From: Cyanobacteria bacterium auto_48_18
Lineage (GTDB): Bacteria > Cyanobacteriota > Vampirovibrionia > Obscuribacterales > Obscuribacteraceae
DNA length: 64,000 bases
Direction of reading: 5' to 3'
Assembly (NCBI GenBank): GCA_036170915.1
Contig: JAVHQC010000006.1
Location: 128,001 to 192,000 of the forward strand
Shown here piece after piece: positions 1 through 10,008 of the stretch. Below the pieces are notes generated by a model. The model was given only the letters and a program-made list of their open reading frames with translations. It ran no database searches and was not told the DNA's origin. Every line of letters begins with the position of its first letter. The first letter of the stretch is position 1. The position numbers and the translations under genes were made by a program.

Positions 1-973
1 AGCCATGGTTACTATCGGACCAGCGATTATCTGGCTCGCCGGCGGCTGGCTGGCCATCTATCACGGTATCACCATTGGTGTGCTGGTCAGTTTTGTCGCT
101 TTGATAGGCAGGCTCTATACGCCCGTGTCGGCCCTTGCCGGCGTGCAAATACAAGTGGTCAGCGCACTGGCTGTTTTTGAGCGTATCTTTGATTATCTTG
201 ATATGACCGAAGAACAAGATTTGCCTGAAGCGCAAGCTCTAGACCAAAATCAATTAATGGGTAAGGTCGAATTTGAACACGTCACTTTTCACTACCCGTC
301 AAAACGCGCTGGTGTAGAAGATTTGAATCTGGTTATTGATCCAGGTCAGATGGTAGCCTTTGTGGGCCCCTCCGGGGCTGGAAAATCGACCATCACCAAT
401 TTGCTTACCAGGCTGTGGGAGATTGATGAAGGCCGCATTTTAGTAGACGATAGAGATACTAAGCTAATCACTCGCGACTCACTGCGGGAAAATATCGGCA
501 TAGTGACGCAAGAAACTTATTTGTTTCATGACACCATCGCAGCCAACCTTCGTTATGCCAAAGTCGATGCGTCGTTAAGTGAGCTGGAAGATGCCTGTCG
601 CGCTGCTAACATTCATGAGCTGATTGCAAGCATGCCGGAAGGTTACGAGACCATCGTGGGCGAACGGGGGCACAAGCTTAGTGGCGGTGAAAGGCAGCGT
701 CTGGCTATTGCCCGTGTGCTGTTGAAAAATCCGCGCATTCTTATTTTAGATGAAGCCACAAGCTCTTTAGATAACGAGAATGAAGCGATGATTCAAGCAG
801 CGCTCGTGCCTTTGATGATCGGCCGCACATCGCTGGTGGTGGCACACCGTTTAAGCACAATCATTAATGCCGACAAGATTTTTGTTATGGAAAATGGGCG
901 CATAGTTGAAAGCGGCACGCATAAAGAGCTGCTCGCCGCGGAAGGCGTTTATGCGCGTTTGTATTTTAGGTAA
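1..973 (+). CDS. ABC transporter permease/ATP-binding protein (MsbA-like exporter), 5'-truncated by the window edge
   Basis: End of the TM domain, then Walker A GPSGAGKST, signature LSGGERQR, Walker B ILILDEATS and H-loop AHRLS. Confidence 0.92.
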   Translation, partial: AMVTIGPAIIWLAGGWLAIYHGITIGVLVSFVALIGRLYTPVSALAGVQIQVVSALAVFERIFDYLDMTEEQDLPEAQALDQNQLMGKVEFEHVTFHYPSKRAGVEDLNLVIDPGQMVAFVGPSGAGKSTITNLLTRLWEIDEGRILVDDRDTKLITRDSLRENIGIVTQETYLFHDTIAANLRYAKVDASLSELEDACRAANIHELIASMPEGYETIVGERGHKLSGGERQRLAIARVLLKNPRILILDEATSSLDNENEAMIQAALVPLMIGRTSLVVAHRLSTIINADKIFVMENGRIVESGTHKELLAAEGVYARLYFR

Positions 974-1000
974 ATTTTGGGGTGTGGCCGTTCAGGGTTG

Positions 1001-1040
1001 AGCTGAGCTGAGTTGAGCTGAGTTGAGTTGAGTTGAGTTG
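1001..1040. repeat. Pentanucleotide microsatellite (AGYTG)x8
   Basis: agctg agctg agttg agctg agttg agttg agttg agttg, intergenic between convergent genes. Confidence 0.9.
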
Positions 1041-1061
1041 AGACCTATGTCAGTTTTTAAA

Positions 1062-1116
1062 GCCTAAGAAATTTTACAACCGATGGGTTGTATGAATTTA
1101 CAACTTGTAAGTTGTA
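1062..1116 (+). repeat. 55-bp dispersed double-palindrome element, copy 1
   Basis: GCCTAAGAAATTT-TACAAC cgatgg GTTGTA-tgaatt-TACAAC ttgtaa GTTGTA; same layout at 19506 and 54706. Confidence 0.85.
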
Positions 1117-1130
1117 GATTCATGCCGTTG

Positions 1131-3245
1131 TTATTGCTGGTCCCAGTGATATTCAGTAACGCCTCTTTGTGAACGTACTTGCGTACTAGCCGCAGTACTT
1201 GCTGGCCTCGCTGTTTGCTGAGTCGCTGGAGCATAATTGGCAGCGGCACTGGGATCAATTTCACTATATGGCACATCGTTACTGTGGCTGATAGGCTTCG
1301 AATTGACTTTGTTGTAGTCGGCAGGGGCGACAGCATAGCGCGAAGTCAATAACATTCCGGCCGGTGTGGGCACGCTATTGTAATAGCGTTGGTTATATTG
1401 CCTGAAGACCCTGGCCATCACTGTTCCGCCGGTAACATGCTTGCCAGCTACCGGGCTTTTCTCATCGCCACCGCCCCACACCGCAGTCACCATATCTGGT
1501 GTGAAGCCGACAAACCATATACTTTTTGATTTGTCGGCAGTGCCTGTTTTTCCGGCCACAGGTCGCCCGGCCAACTTGGCCTGAGTGCCTGTGCCGCGGC
1601 GCACCACTTCAGTAAGAATATCTATCAGCCAGGTCGTTTGTTCTTCAGGAAAAACGCGGTGAACCATGGGCACATAAGTGTCGAGTAGTTGGCCACGGCT
1701 GTCTTTTACTTCACGAATCATCCAGGGTGCAATGGCTACGCCGCCTCGGGCAATAGTGCCGTATGCCGCAGCTAGTTCTAGAGGTGTGACTGCCGAACTA
1801 CCAAGGGCCAGAGCAATTGTTGGTGCCAGCTCGCTCTTTATTCCTGCTGCTCTCAGTGTGCTGATGGAATTGGCAATGCCCACTTGATCCATGACGCGAA
1901 TGGTGCACATATTGCGCGACTGGCACAGTGCCTCGCGCACAGTGATGTCGCCCATATATTTTCCGTCGTAGTTTTTGGGTGCCCACTCCTCTCCAGTTTC
2001 TTGCGTCATTTTGTACGGCATGTCTTGCACAGTGCTCTCAGGAGTGAGAATACCAGCCATAAAAGCAGTGAGGTAAATAAATGGCTTTAGTGAAGAGCCT
2101 GCTGTGTGCGGGTTAACTGCGCTATTCCATTGATTGTCCCAGTAATCATGAGCCCCGCCAACAAGAGCGCGAACAGAACCATCTTTTACCGATAAGCTCA
2201 CCAGTGCTTCTTCTTCAATGCCGGGTGGTGCGCGTCTAATTTCAGAAGCCAGCACTTGCTCTGCCGCTTCTTGAGCCACCGGATCAAGGGTGGTAAAAAT
2301 TTCGAGCCCATTTACACCAATGGTGCGCTGATCGAATTGCCTGCGTACCGTCTCTAAAACTAGAGCAGTAAAATAAGGGTTATGTTTAAATGGCTGACTT
2401 GGTTTCGCCACCTGTGCACGTTTAAAAACCAGTGGCTTAGATTCAGCTACTAAACATTCGCTGTCAGTGATAAAGCCACATTCAACCATCGCTCGCAACA
2501 CTTGTTTTTGTCTGTCGATGGCTTCTGCGCGGTGATCTTTGCCACCTAAAAATGAGGGCTGGCGAATGATACCAGCGAGAAAGGCTGATTCAGAAATAGA
2601 GAGATTGCTGGCATTCTTACCAAAATAATTTTGCGCTGCTTGCTGAATACCGCGAGAGCCATTGCCAAAATAAATTTCACTCAAGTAGATAGAAAATATT
2701 TGTTGCTTGGTATATTTTTCTTCCAGCCGATAGGCGGCAACAACCTCTGCCAGCTTGGTTACAGCATTGCGTTTAAGTTCGGGGAAAAACAAATTCTTAG
2801 CTAGCTGTTGCGTAATTGTAGAGCCGCCTTCCACCATGCGTAGTGCCTTTGCATTAGCAATTGATGCGCGCAAAACGTCCTGAAAACTAATGGCTCCGTG
2901 GCTGTAAAAATTCTTGTCTTCAGCAGCCAGTACCGCTTGCTGCATAGAAAGCGGCACTTGCTTAAAGGGAATAATTGTGCGCGGCATGCCTAAATTGATA
3001 CGTTCAATTAGTTTGTCATTGCGATCATAAATTGAAATAGAATCAACTGGTTTATAGCTTTTTAGATAATCAATATTGGGCAGTCGGTTTACTTCTTGAA
3101 CGACGAGCAAACCGATTACCGTGCCGCCCAGGGTAGCCATCACCAGGCCGATTTGAGCCAACATAATAAAGATCGTCCAGCTCGACTTGAGAAAATCTCT
3201 CATGCCGCCCATATCGTTCATTTCTCTTAAATTTTTTGGCCGCAT
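1131..3245 (-). CDS. Class A penicillin-binding protein (PBP1A family, transglycosylase/transpeptidase)
   Basis: N-terminal TM; GT51 motifs EDKNFYSH and GGSTITQQLAKN; transpeptidase SxxK (SSLK), SxN (SRN) and KTG. Confidence 0.93.
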   Translation of the reverse strand: MRPKNLREMNDMGGMRDFLKSSWTIFIMLAQIGLVMATLGGTVIGLLVVQEVNRLPNIDYLKSYKPVDSISIYDRNDKLIERINLGMPRTIIPFKQVPLSMQQAVLAAEDKNFYSHGAISFQDVLRASIANAKALRMVEGGSTITQQLAKNLFFPELKRNAVTKLAEVVAAYRLEEKYTKQQIFSIYLSEIYFGNGSRGIQQAAQNYFGKNASNLSISESAFLAGIIRQPSFLGGKDHRAEAIDRQKQVLRAMVECGFITDSECLVAESKPLVFKRAQVAKPSQPFKHNPYFTALVLETVRRQFDQRTIGVNGLEIFTTLDPVAQEAAEQVLASEIRRAPPGIEEEALVSLSVKDGSVRALVGGAHDYWDNQWNSAVNPHTAGSSLKPFIYLTAFMAGILTPESTVQDMPYKMTQETGEEWAPKNYDGKYMGDITVREALCQSRNMCTIRVMDQVGIANSISTLRAAGIKSELAPTIALALGSSAVTPLELAAAYGTIARGGVAIAPWMIREVKDSRGQLLDTYVPMVHRVFPEEQTTWLIDILTEVVRRGTGTQAKLAGRPVAGKTGTADKSKSIWFVGFTPDMVTAVWGGGDEKSPVAGKHVTGGTVMARVFRQYNQRYYNSVPTPAGMLLTSRYAVAPADYNKVNSKPISHSNDVPYSEIDPSAAANYAPATQQTARPASTAASTQVRSQRGVTEYHWDQQ

Positions 3246-3252
3246 CAGAGTG

Positions 3253-4146
3253 TTAGTTCTGCTTGATGTTTAGTTGTGCCTGATACCACGATCGTATCGA
3301 TGGATCTATCGTAAATGCTTTTTCGAAATCTAGCGCGCTCTTCGATCGGCTACGCTCGTCATCTTTAAGGGCGTGTAAAAAGGCGCGGTGAAAGTAAGCC
3401 TGTGCGCATTGCGGATTGATTTTGATGGCTTTATTTAAGTCAATCATGGCGGCGTCAGGTAAACCCATTTCATCAAGCAAACGACCGCGACTCAAGTAAT
3501 TAGTCCATTCTTCGGGCTCGCTATCAATGACGGCGTTAAAATCTTGCAAAGCTTCTTTAGGTTTGTTCAATTTCCATAAACTATGGGCCCGGTAGTAAAG
3601 ATCAGGCTCAAAAGCCGGGCTCAGTTGTACGGCCTTGGTGATATCTGCTACTGCTTCCTGGAACTTTTCCATGCGATAGTGCAGCTGTCCGCGATAGCTA
3701 TACAGGCTCGGTGAGTCGTCCTTAATAGCAATGGCATTATGATAATCAGTTAGTGCCAGACTTAACTGCCCGAGATCATTGTGAATTTCGGCTTTGGCAG
3801 AAATAATAATCACAAGCAAACTGTCGCTGTCTGTGAGTGTGGTGGCAACTTCGACGCATTTGAGCCCTTCTTCAGAGCGGCCCATCTGGTGCAAACACAG
3901 CCCCTTATTCATGTATGCAAGCGGGCTGCGTTCAACTGCAATTACCGCCTCAAAATCTTTGATGGCCACTTTATAGCGCCCGGCCATCATCAGCGCATTG
4001 CCGCGATTAAGCTGAGCCTGCCAGAGGCTTGGGTTAGCCTCAAGTGCGTGCGTAAAGCAAAGCGCCGCTTCGTTAGGGCATTGCTTTTGCAAATACATAA
4101 AACCTTGCTGAAAATGTCTGCTGGCTTCTGTGTCGTTCATTTTCAA
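3253..4146 (-). CDS. Tetratricopeptide repeat protein
   Basis: About 8 TPR units (e.g. AYMNKG, YSYRG, AYFHRA); 7 bp upstream of the PBP gene. Confidence 0.85.
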   Translation of the reverse strand: MKMNDTEASRHFQQGFMYLQKQCPNEAALCFTHALEANPSLWQAQLNRGNALMMAGRYKVAIKDFEAVIAVERSPLAYMNKGLCLHQMGRSEEGLKCVEVATTLTDSDSLLVIIISAKAEIHNDLGQLSLALTDYHNAIAIKDDSPSLYSYRGQLHYRMEKFQEAVADITKAVQLSPAFEPDLYYRAHSLWKLNKPKEALQDFNAVIDSEPEEWTNYLSRGRLLDEMGLPDAAMIDLNKAIKINPQCAQAYFHRAFLHALKDDERSRSKSALDFEKAFTIDPSIRSWYQAQLNIKQN

Positions 4147-4201
4147 CTCGGGCTGGTAAGGGCTGGTATGCCCTATTTATACCGTATTACGCTGGGCACA
4201 T

Positions 4202-5089
4202 TTACTTGCTGAACCAATCTATTAGCAGACTGGCGAGTTCATCTGGTTTATCTAGCGGAATCCAGTGGCCACAGTGCTCGAAGCGCTCATAACGCCACTT
4301 TGCATCAACGTACTTTTCGCTACTGGTCATTTGGTCTTCGGCCAGAGCCGGGTCAGGGCCGTAGACGCCCAAAGTGGGTACCTGGCAGTGTGGAGTCTTG
4401 GCAAAAAATAGCTGCAATATATTGGCCCGGTACCAGTTAAAACCAGCAGTGAGGCGACCTGGCCTGCTTAGCTCCATAATCCACTGTTGTACGCCGGGAG
4501 TTTTTCCGGCCATGCGACGCACTGCTTTCCAGTTATCGCGTTTGAAGGCGGCCTCAGCAATGCCTGGCAAAAGAAAAAGCCCGATGTACCAGCCTTTAAG
4601 TTTTTGCTCTAGGCCGGCAAAGCGATATGCCATAGGGTGCCCAACCGATATCACCACAAGTTTTTCTACCAGTTCCGGATGCCTTATGGCCAAAAGCCAG
4701 GCGATTATGGCACCCCAGTCATGGCCTACCAGGTGAACCTTTTGCTCGACACCCAAAACCTTGAGTAGCTCAACGGCGTCATTGAGAATTTCGTTCAGTT
4801 TGTAAGCGCTTTTGGATGGTGGTGCGTCAGACTCGCCATAACCGCGCTGGTCATAAGCGATAACTTCAAAGCCGGCTTCGACAAGCGGTGGTGCAACCTT
4901 AGACCAGAGCTGAAGCGAATTGGGGAAACCATGCAGCATCAGCACCGGCGCACCACTACCGGCACGACCAACGTTTAAGGTGATGCCGTTGACCAAAATT
5001 CTTTGCTTGGTTAAGTCTGTACTGTCCGGCAATGGTGAACTCCGCTTTGTACTAAACAATAAATAAAGCACAAATGGAACCAAAAACAT
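4202..5089 (-). CDS. Alpha/beta hydrolase (epoxide hydrolase-like); start uncertain
   Basis: HGFP oxyanion motif, DQRGYGES, nucleophile GHDWGA, C-terminal His in GHWIP. Confidence 0.88.
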   Translation of the reverse strand: MFLVPFVLYLLFSTKRSSPLPDSTDLTKQRILVNGITLNVGRAGSGAPVLMLHGFPNSLQLWSKVAPPLVEAGFEVIAYDQRGYGESDAPPSKSAYKLNEILNDAVELLKVLGVEQKVHLVGHDWGAIIAWLLAIRHPELVEKLVVISVGHPMAYRFAGLEQKLKGWYIGLFLLPGIAEAAFKRDNWKAVRRMAGKTPGVQQWIMELSRPGRLTAGFNWYRANILQLFFAKTPHCQVPTLGVYGPDPALAEDQMTSSEKYVDAKWRYERFEHCGHWIPLDKPDELASLLIDWFSK

Positions 5090-5520
5090 ACGTTGGCGTC
5101 ACAGGCGCGGTGATAACTAAAGAGAAGAGCTTGAAGATTGGCGACAGCGCTAGAGTTACTCGCGATAAGTTAGTGGCGCGCATCATGCAGGGCGTATTTG
5201 TGCTTGTGCCCTTTGTGGCAGGACTCGATAAATTTTTCAATTTGATGACTAACTGGGAGCGCTACGTTTCGTCCCTGGTCTTACAAATTGTGCCATTTTC
5301 AGCTCATCAGATTATGGTGGCATCGGGGCCGGTTGAGATGGCCATCGGCATTCTTGTAGCGGTTAAACCCAGGCTTGGATCACTGGCAGTGGCAATAATG
5401 CTCATAGGCATCGCGGTCAATCTGCTTACCATGCCCGATCAATTGCACATTGCTTTTCTCGATTTGAGTTTGGCTGTGCTGGCAATGGCGCTATTTGCGT
5501 TGAGTAAGGATGTTGACTGA
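5074..5520 (+). CDS. DoxX-like membrane protein; true start probably downstream of 5074
   Basis: AGLDKFFNLMTNWERY motif and about 4 hydrophobic helices. Confidence 0.7.
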   Translation: MEPKTYVGVTGAVITKEKSLKIGDSARVTRDKLVARIMQGVFVLVPFVAGLDKFFNLMTNWERYVSSLVLQIVPFSAHQIMVASGPVEMAIGILVAVKPRLGSLAVAIMLIGIAVNLLTMPDQLHIAFLDLSLAVLAMALFALSKDVD

Positions 5521-5565
5521 CATTTTAAAAGACGAATTAAAGAAACATGCTGCGGGATATGTTTT

Positions 5566-5595
5566 AGAAAAAATACCTCCGGAGGTATTTTTTCT
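5566..5595. repeat. Perfect 30-bp palindrome, family B copy 1 (possible bidirectional terminator or operator)
   Basis: AGAAAAAATACCTCC|GGAGGTATTTTTTCT; near-identical copy at 39806-39834. Confidence 0.8.
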
Positions 5596-5650
5596 GCAGA
5601 AGACTGACAGTCACCTTATGAAACATAAGCAGGTGTGAGACAATCACCTC

Positions 5651-6475
5651 ATGTGCGGACGCTACACTCTATCCCATTCTACAGAAGAGATACTGGCTCA
5701 CTTTGCCGTTGCCAGTCTTGCGCTGCCCATTGCCCCTCGTTATAACATCGGGCCCTTTCAGTGGGTGCCAATTGTTATTTCAAATCGCGCCCCTGAAGGA
5801 GGCCGACTTATAGAAGCGGCGCGCTGGGGTTTTCTGCCTGGTTGGGTGCGCGACAGCAAGAAAAATCCGCCCATGATTAATGCACGCAGCGAATCAATTG
5901 CGGTGAAGCCATTCTTCCGCACTTCATTTGCTGCACGAAGGTGCATTGTTCCGGCAGATGGTTTTTACGAGTGGGAAGGCCAGGCTAAAAATCGCAAACC
6001 CTGGCGCATTCGTTTGAAAGACCAGAGCCTCATGGGTTTTGCCGGCCTTTATGAAGACTGGTCATCCACTGACGGTGACGAGATTCGCACTTGCGCCATT
6101 ATTACTACGGCCGCAAACAACAAAATGTCGCGCTTTCATGACCGTATGCCGGTGATTTTGCCAAGACAATTAGAGAGCGACTGGCTCAATCCACAAAATA
6201 AAAATTTGGCGCAACTCGAATCAATGCTCAAGCCTTATCCTGATGATTTGATTGACATTTACCGCGTCTCTACCGACGTCAACGGCACCGGCACTGATAC
6301 CAGAGATTTGATTGTACCAATCGATATTGCTGCTGAAACAGCTGCCGAAGCAGCTGCACAGGCAGAAGAACACGCTGCAGCCGCAGCTGCTAAAGCGAGC
6401 AAGGCTGAGGCCAGAGCGGCTGCTAAAAAGCAACCGCTCGATAATGGCCAGCTCAGTCTATTTAGTGACCTCTAA
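5651..6475 (+). CDS. SOS response-associated peptidase (SRAP; YedK/HMCES family, abasic-site protection)
   Basis: N-terminal MCGRY (catalytic Cys2), PRYN, INARSE, ADGFYEW and HDRMPVIL; Ala-rich tail ending QLSLF. Confidence 0.93.
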   Translation: MCGRYTLSHSTEEILAHFAVASLALPIAPRYNIGPFQWVPIVISNRAPEGGRLIEAARWGFLPGWVRDSKKNPPMINARSESIAVKPFFRTSFAARRCIVPADGFYEWEGQAKNRKPWRIRLKDQSLMGFAGLYEDWSSTDGDEIRTCAIITTAANNKMSRFHDRMPVILPRQLESDWLNPQNKNLAQLESMLKPYPDDLIDIYRVSTDVNGTGTDTRDLIVPIDIAAETAAEAAAQAEEHAAAAAAKASKAEARAAAKKQPLDNGQLSLFSDL

Positions 6476-6483
6476 AAACTAAA

Positions 6484-9231
6484 TCAGCTGGCGTCCAGTA
6501 CCTTCAATTGTGAATGAACGCTTTCCAATTGTCTTGTCAGTTCGCTCAACTCGGTTTCAATCTTAGCCACCTTTGCAGGTGGTGCTTTCGATTTGAAATC
6601 AGGATTAGCGAGCTGTGAATTAGCTTTAGCTATTTCTTTTTCAATAGACGCCTTGCGCACATTGAGCTTTTCTTTTGATTTTGGAATATCAATTAGTTTC
6701 GCCAACGGCACATAAATATTGACTGAAGACACAGCTTCGCATGCCGCCATAGATGGTGGCGAGCAATCCATGCTGATATCGAGTGGGCTGGCTTTGGCCA
6801 GGCGCTCAATGTAAGTGGCACCATCGAGCAGACACTTCATCTCGTCTTCGTCCTGGCAAACAATCATTACTTCAGCTTGCGTAGAAGCTGGCACGTTGTA
6901 CGTTTGACGAATATTTCTGATGGAGCGAATTACGCGCATGAGAAATTCCATTTTTTCATCGGCATCGTCATCGATGAAGTTTTCATCAGGGCGCGGATAA
7001 GGCGCAAACATGATGGAGACAAAATCTTTAGGGAAGTACGACGATTTTGGAGTCTTGGTCCACAACTCTTCAGTGATGAAAGGCATAATCGGATGCAGTG
7101 CGCGCAGCAGCCCTTCGAATACGGTTTGCAGAACGGCTTTGGTCTGGCCGGTGCCTTCACCAGAAGCCGCTTCTTGCGCTAATTGAATTTTGGCAATTTC
7201 TACATACCAGTCACAGAAATCACTCCAGGTGAAGTCGTGTAGATGGTTAGCCGCTTTGTCAAAGTCATAGTCTTGGAAATACATTTGCAGGAGATCAAGC
7301 AAGACGTTATAGCGATTGAGAATCCAGCGGTCAGCCAGAGTGAGGTGCGCAGGATTGACACCTTTTGGCTCAAAGCCTTCGATTTGAGTCAAGACGAAAC
7401 GTCCGGCATTCCACAATTTGTTGGCGAAGCGTTTGTACTCATCTAATTTTTCAGGACGGAAACGCACATCTTGATCGCCCTTAATTCCCACTGAAGCGAA
7501 CCAGAAGCGATTAGCATCGGCGCCATAAGTGTCGATCATGTCCAGCGGGTCAACGGCATTGCCTTTTGATTTTGACATGCGCTTGCCGTCACCGGTCTGA
7601 ATAACCGGGTGAATGAGCACGTGTTTGAAAGGAATGGTTTTCATGAATTTCATAGACATGAAGATCATGCGGGCAACCCAGAGGTTGATAATTTCGCGAG
7701 CGGTAGAAAGTATCGTGGTGGGGAAGAACATCTTCATTTCTTTAGTGCTCTCGGGCCAGCCCAGAGTAGCAAAAGGCCAGAGGGCAGAGCTGAACCAGGT
7801 ATCAAGAACGTCTTCGTCTTGAGTCAGTTCGGCGGCGGGTGCCGAACATTTTTCGCAGCTTTCAGGCGCGCTTTCGTAAGCATCGATGTGATTGCATTTC
7901 TGGCAAGTCCAGATTGGAATGCGGTGGCCCCACCACAACTGTCTGCTGATGCACCAGTCGCGAATGTTTTTCATCCAATCTAAATATTGACTGGAATAGC
8001 GCTCTGGCACAAACTGCACTCTTTGCTCTTCAACCACTTCAATAGCCGGTTGAGCCAGTTCTTTCATGCTCAGATACCACTGATCGGTAAGCAGTGGTTC
8101 GATTACTGTTTGGCACCGCTCGCAGTGCCCAAGGCCCACGTTGTAATCGCGCGATTCTTGCAGCAACCCTAATTCTTCAAGTTTTAAAACCGTTTGCTTG
8201 CGGGCCTCAAAGCGTTCGACGTTGTGTAAAAATTCCGGTACATATTCACTGTTATTCAGGTTACCCTTCAAGTCAATGACGGTAAGCTGCGGCAGTTTAT
8301 GACGCACTCCTACTTCGTAGTCGTTGATGTCGTGAGCAGGTGTGATTTTTAGTGCCCCAGTACCAAATTCGCGCTCGACATAAGAGTCGGCAATTACTGG
8401 TATCAAGCGATTAGTGATTGGCAATTTTACGTTCTTGCCAATAAATGCTTTGTAGCGATCATCTTCAGGGTGCACAGCCACGGCCACGTCACCATAAAGT
8501 GACTCTGGTCTTGTGGTGGCCACAGCTAATTCGCCGCTGCCGTCTTCAAGTAAATACTTGATGCAATAAAGGTGGCCTTTCTTTTCGTCGTGTTCTACTT
8601 CCAGATCAGACAGACTGGTGGCACAACGCGGGCACCAGTTAGTGATGCGATTGCCACGGTAAATGAAACCCTCTTTATAAAGGGTGACAAATGCACGATA
8701 GATAGCCTTTACATAAGATTCGTCCATGGTGAAGGCCACGCGGTCCCAGCTGAAGCTGACACCGATGCGTTTGTATTGGGCCATGATCGAGTCGCCGTAC
8801 TGCACTCGCCATTCCCAAACTTTCTCAATAAATTTCTCGCGGCCTAACTGATGGCGATTGATGCCTTCTTTTTTCAGTTGCCGCTCCACTACCATCTGGG
8901 TGGAAATGCCGGCGTGGTCTGTGCCTGGCTGCCAGAGCACGTTGTAGCCCTGCATTCTCTTTAAGCGAATCAAAACATCTTGGATTGTGCCGTTGAGGGC
9001 ATGACCCATATGTAAATTGCCCGTAATGTTGGGTGGCGGCAAAGCCACCGAAAAATTCGGGCGGTCCGGATTCATTTCTAGATTGAATAATTTGTTTTCG
9101 TGCCAGTAAGTGGTCCAGCGGGCCTCTACTTCCTTCCAGTCGAAGGCATTAGAAGACGGCTTTTCGGCTTCATTAGAATCCTCTTTAATGGGATTGCCCT
9201 CTGTGGTATCTGCGGCGGAACTCTTAGCCAT
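6484..9231 (-). CDS. valS: Valine--tRNA ligase
   Basis: PPPNITGNLHMGH (HIGH motif), DWCISRQLWWGH, RMSKS (KMSKS motif), C-terminal coiled coil. Confidence 0.97.
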   Translation of the reverse strand: MAKSSAADTTEGNPIKEDSNEAEKPSSNAFDWKEVEARWTTYWHENKLFNLEMNPDRPNFSVALPPPNITGNLHMGHALNGTIQDVLIRLKRMQGYNVLWQPGTDHAGISTQMVVERQLKKEGINRHQLGREKFIEKVWEWRVQYGDSIMAQYKRIGVSFSWDRVAFTMDESYVKAIYRAFVTLYKEGFIYRGNRITNWCPRCATSLSDLEVEHDEKKGHLYCIKYLLEDGSGELAVATTRPESLYGDVAVAVHPEDDRYKAFIGKNVKLPITNRLIPVIADSYVEREFGTGALKITPAHDINDYEVGVRHKLPQLTVIDLKGNLNNSEYVPEFLHNVERFEARKQTVLKLEELGLLQESRDYNVGLGHCERCQTVIEPLLTDQWYLSMKELAQPAIEVVEEQRVQFVPERYSSQYLDWMKNIRDWCISRQLWWGHRIPIWTCQKCNHIDAYESAPESCEKCSAPAAELTQDEDVLDTWFSSALWPFATLGWPESTKEMKMFFPTTILSTAREIINLWVARMIFMSMKFMKTIPFKHVLIHPVIQTGDGKRMSKSKGNAVDPLDMIDTYGADANRFWFASVGIKGDQDVRFRPEKLDEYKRFANKLWNAGRFVLTQIEGFEPKGVNPAHLTLADRWILNRYNVLLDLLQMYFQDYDFDKAANHLHDFTWSDFCDWYVEIAKIQLAQEAASGEGTGQTKAVLQTVFEGLLRALHPIMPFITEELWTKTPKSSYFPKDFVSIMFAPYPRPDENFIDDDADEKMEFLMRVIRSIRNIRQTYNVPASTQAEVMIVCQDEDEMKCLLDGATYIERLAKASPLDISMDCSPPSMAACEAVSSVNIYVPLAKLIDIPKSKEKLNVRKASIEKEIAKANSQLANPDFKSKAPPAKVAKIETELSELTRQLESVHSQLKVLDAS

Positions 9232-9439
9232 TTTTCTCTCTTTAGTATGCAGGACGGCACTGGCAAATGATTATAACGGTGTCAAGAACTCAGGTTCAAC
9301 CAACCATTAAGCTACTTCTAGGCTTTGGCTCAACTACTAATGTATTGGTGTTAGAATTTTGTATCTGGCAAGAGGCAGCTACTGCTTTGACTTGACTACC
9401 GTCCGTCGCCTCACGGACCATGGAGCATTTGCATCCGGC

Positions 9440-10000
9440 ATGATTTCTAGTAACGATTTTCGCACGGGCGTGACGATTGAATATAACAATGGCGTCTGGC
9501 AAATAATTGAATTTCAGCACGTAAAACCTGGCAAAGGCGCCGCCTTCGTTCGGGCTAAAATGAGAAATATCGAGACCGGCAACGTGCTTGATAACACTTT
9601 CCGCGCTGGTGAAAAGCTGCCTCAGGCAATCGTTGAGAAGTCTGAGCTGACATATCTTTACAAGGCCGGCGAAAATTATGTGATGCAGAACATATCGAGC
9701 TGGGACCAGATTGAACTTAGTGCTAGTCAAATCGGACCAGGCGTTGAGTTTTTAAAAGACAACACTGAAGGCATTGTTATGCTTTCCTTTAATGACCGCA
9801 TGCTTGGCCTTGAATTGCCAAACACCGTAGAACTGGAAATCAGCGAATGCGCACCAGACGAAAGAGGCGATACCAGCTCTGGTGGCGGTAAGCCCGCAGT
9901 GCTGGAAACTGGAGCAACGATTACTGTGCCTTTCCACATTAAAGTGGGAGACAAAGTTAAGGTTGACACTAGAAACCGCAAATATTTGACACGCGTTTAA
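9440..10000 (+). CDS. efp: Elongation factor P
   Basis: MISSNDFRTG start (ATG 9440), HVKPGKGAAFVR loop, GGKPAVLETG. Confidence 0.96.
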   Translation: MISSNDFRTGVTIEYNNGVWQIIEFQHVKPGKGAAFVRAKMRNIETGNVLDNTFRAGEKLPQAIVEKSELTYLYKAGENYVMQNISSWDQIELSASQIGPGVEFLKDNTEGIVMLSFNDRMLGLELPNTVELEISECAPDERGDTSSGGGKPAVLETGATITVPFHIKVGDKVKVDTRNRKYLTRV

Positions 10001-10008
10001 ATTGGGAA

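Noticed and set aside
1062..1116. 55-bp element as a CRISPR repeat or integron attC site
   Set aside because: Copies are tens of kb apart with no spacer array or cas genes. The ends do not fit RYYYAAC...GTTRRRY, and no integrase is present.
5074..5089. Head-to-head overlap of the hydrolase and DoxX ORFs
   Set aside because: Most likely an artefact of longest-ORF start choice; downstream starts are available
9359..9439. N-terminal extension of EF-P (similar extensions on zwf, gnd, the RHH gene and DUF4139-2)
   Set aside because: Family N-termini or RBS positions support the downstream starts
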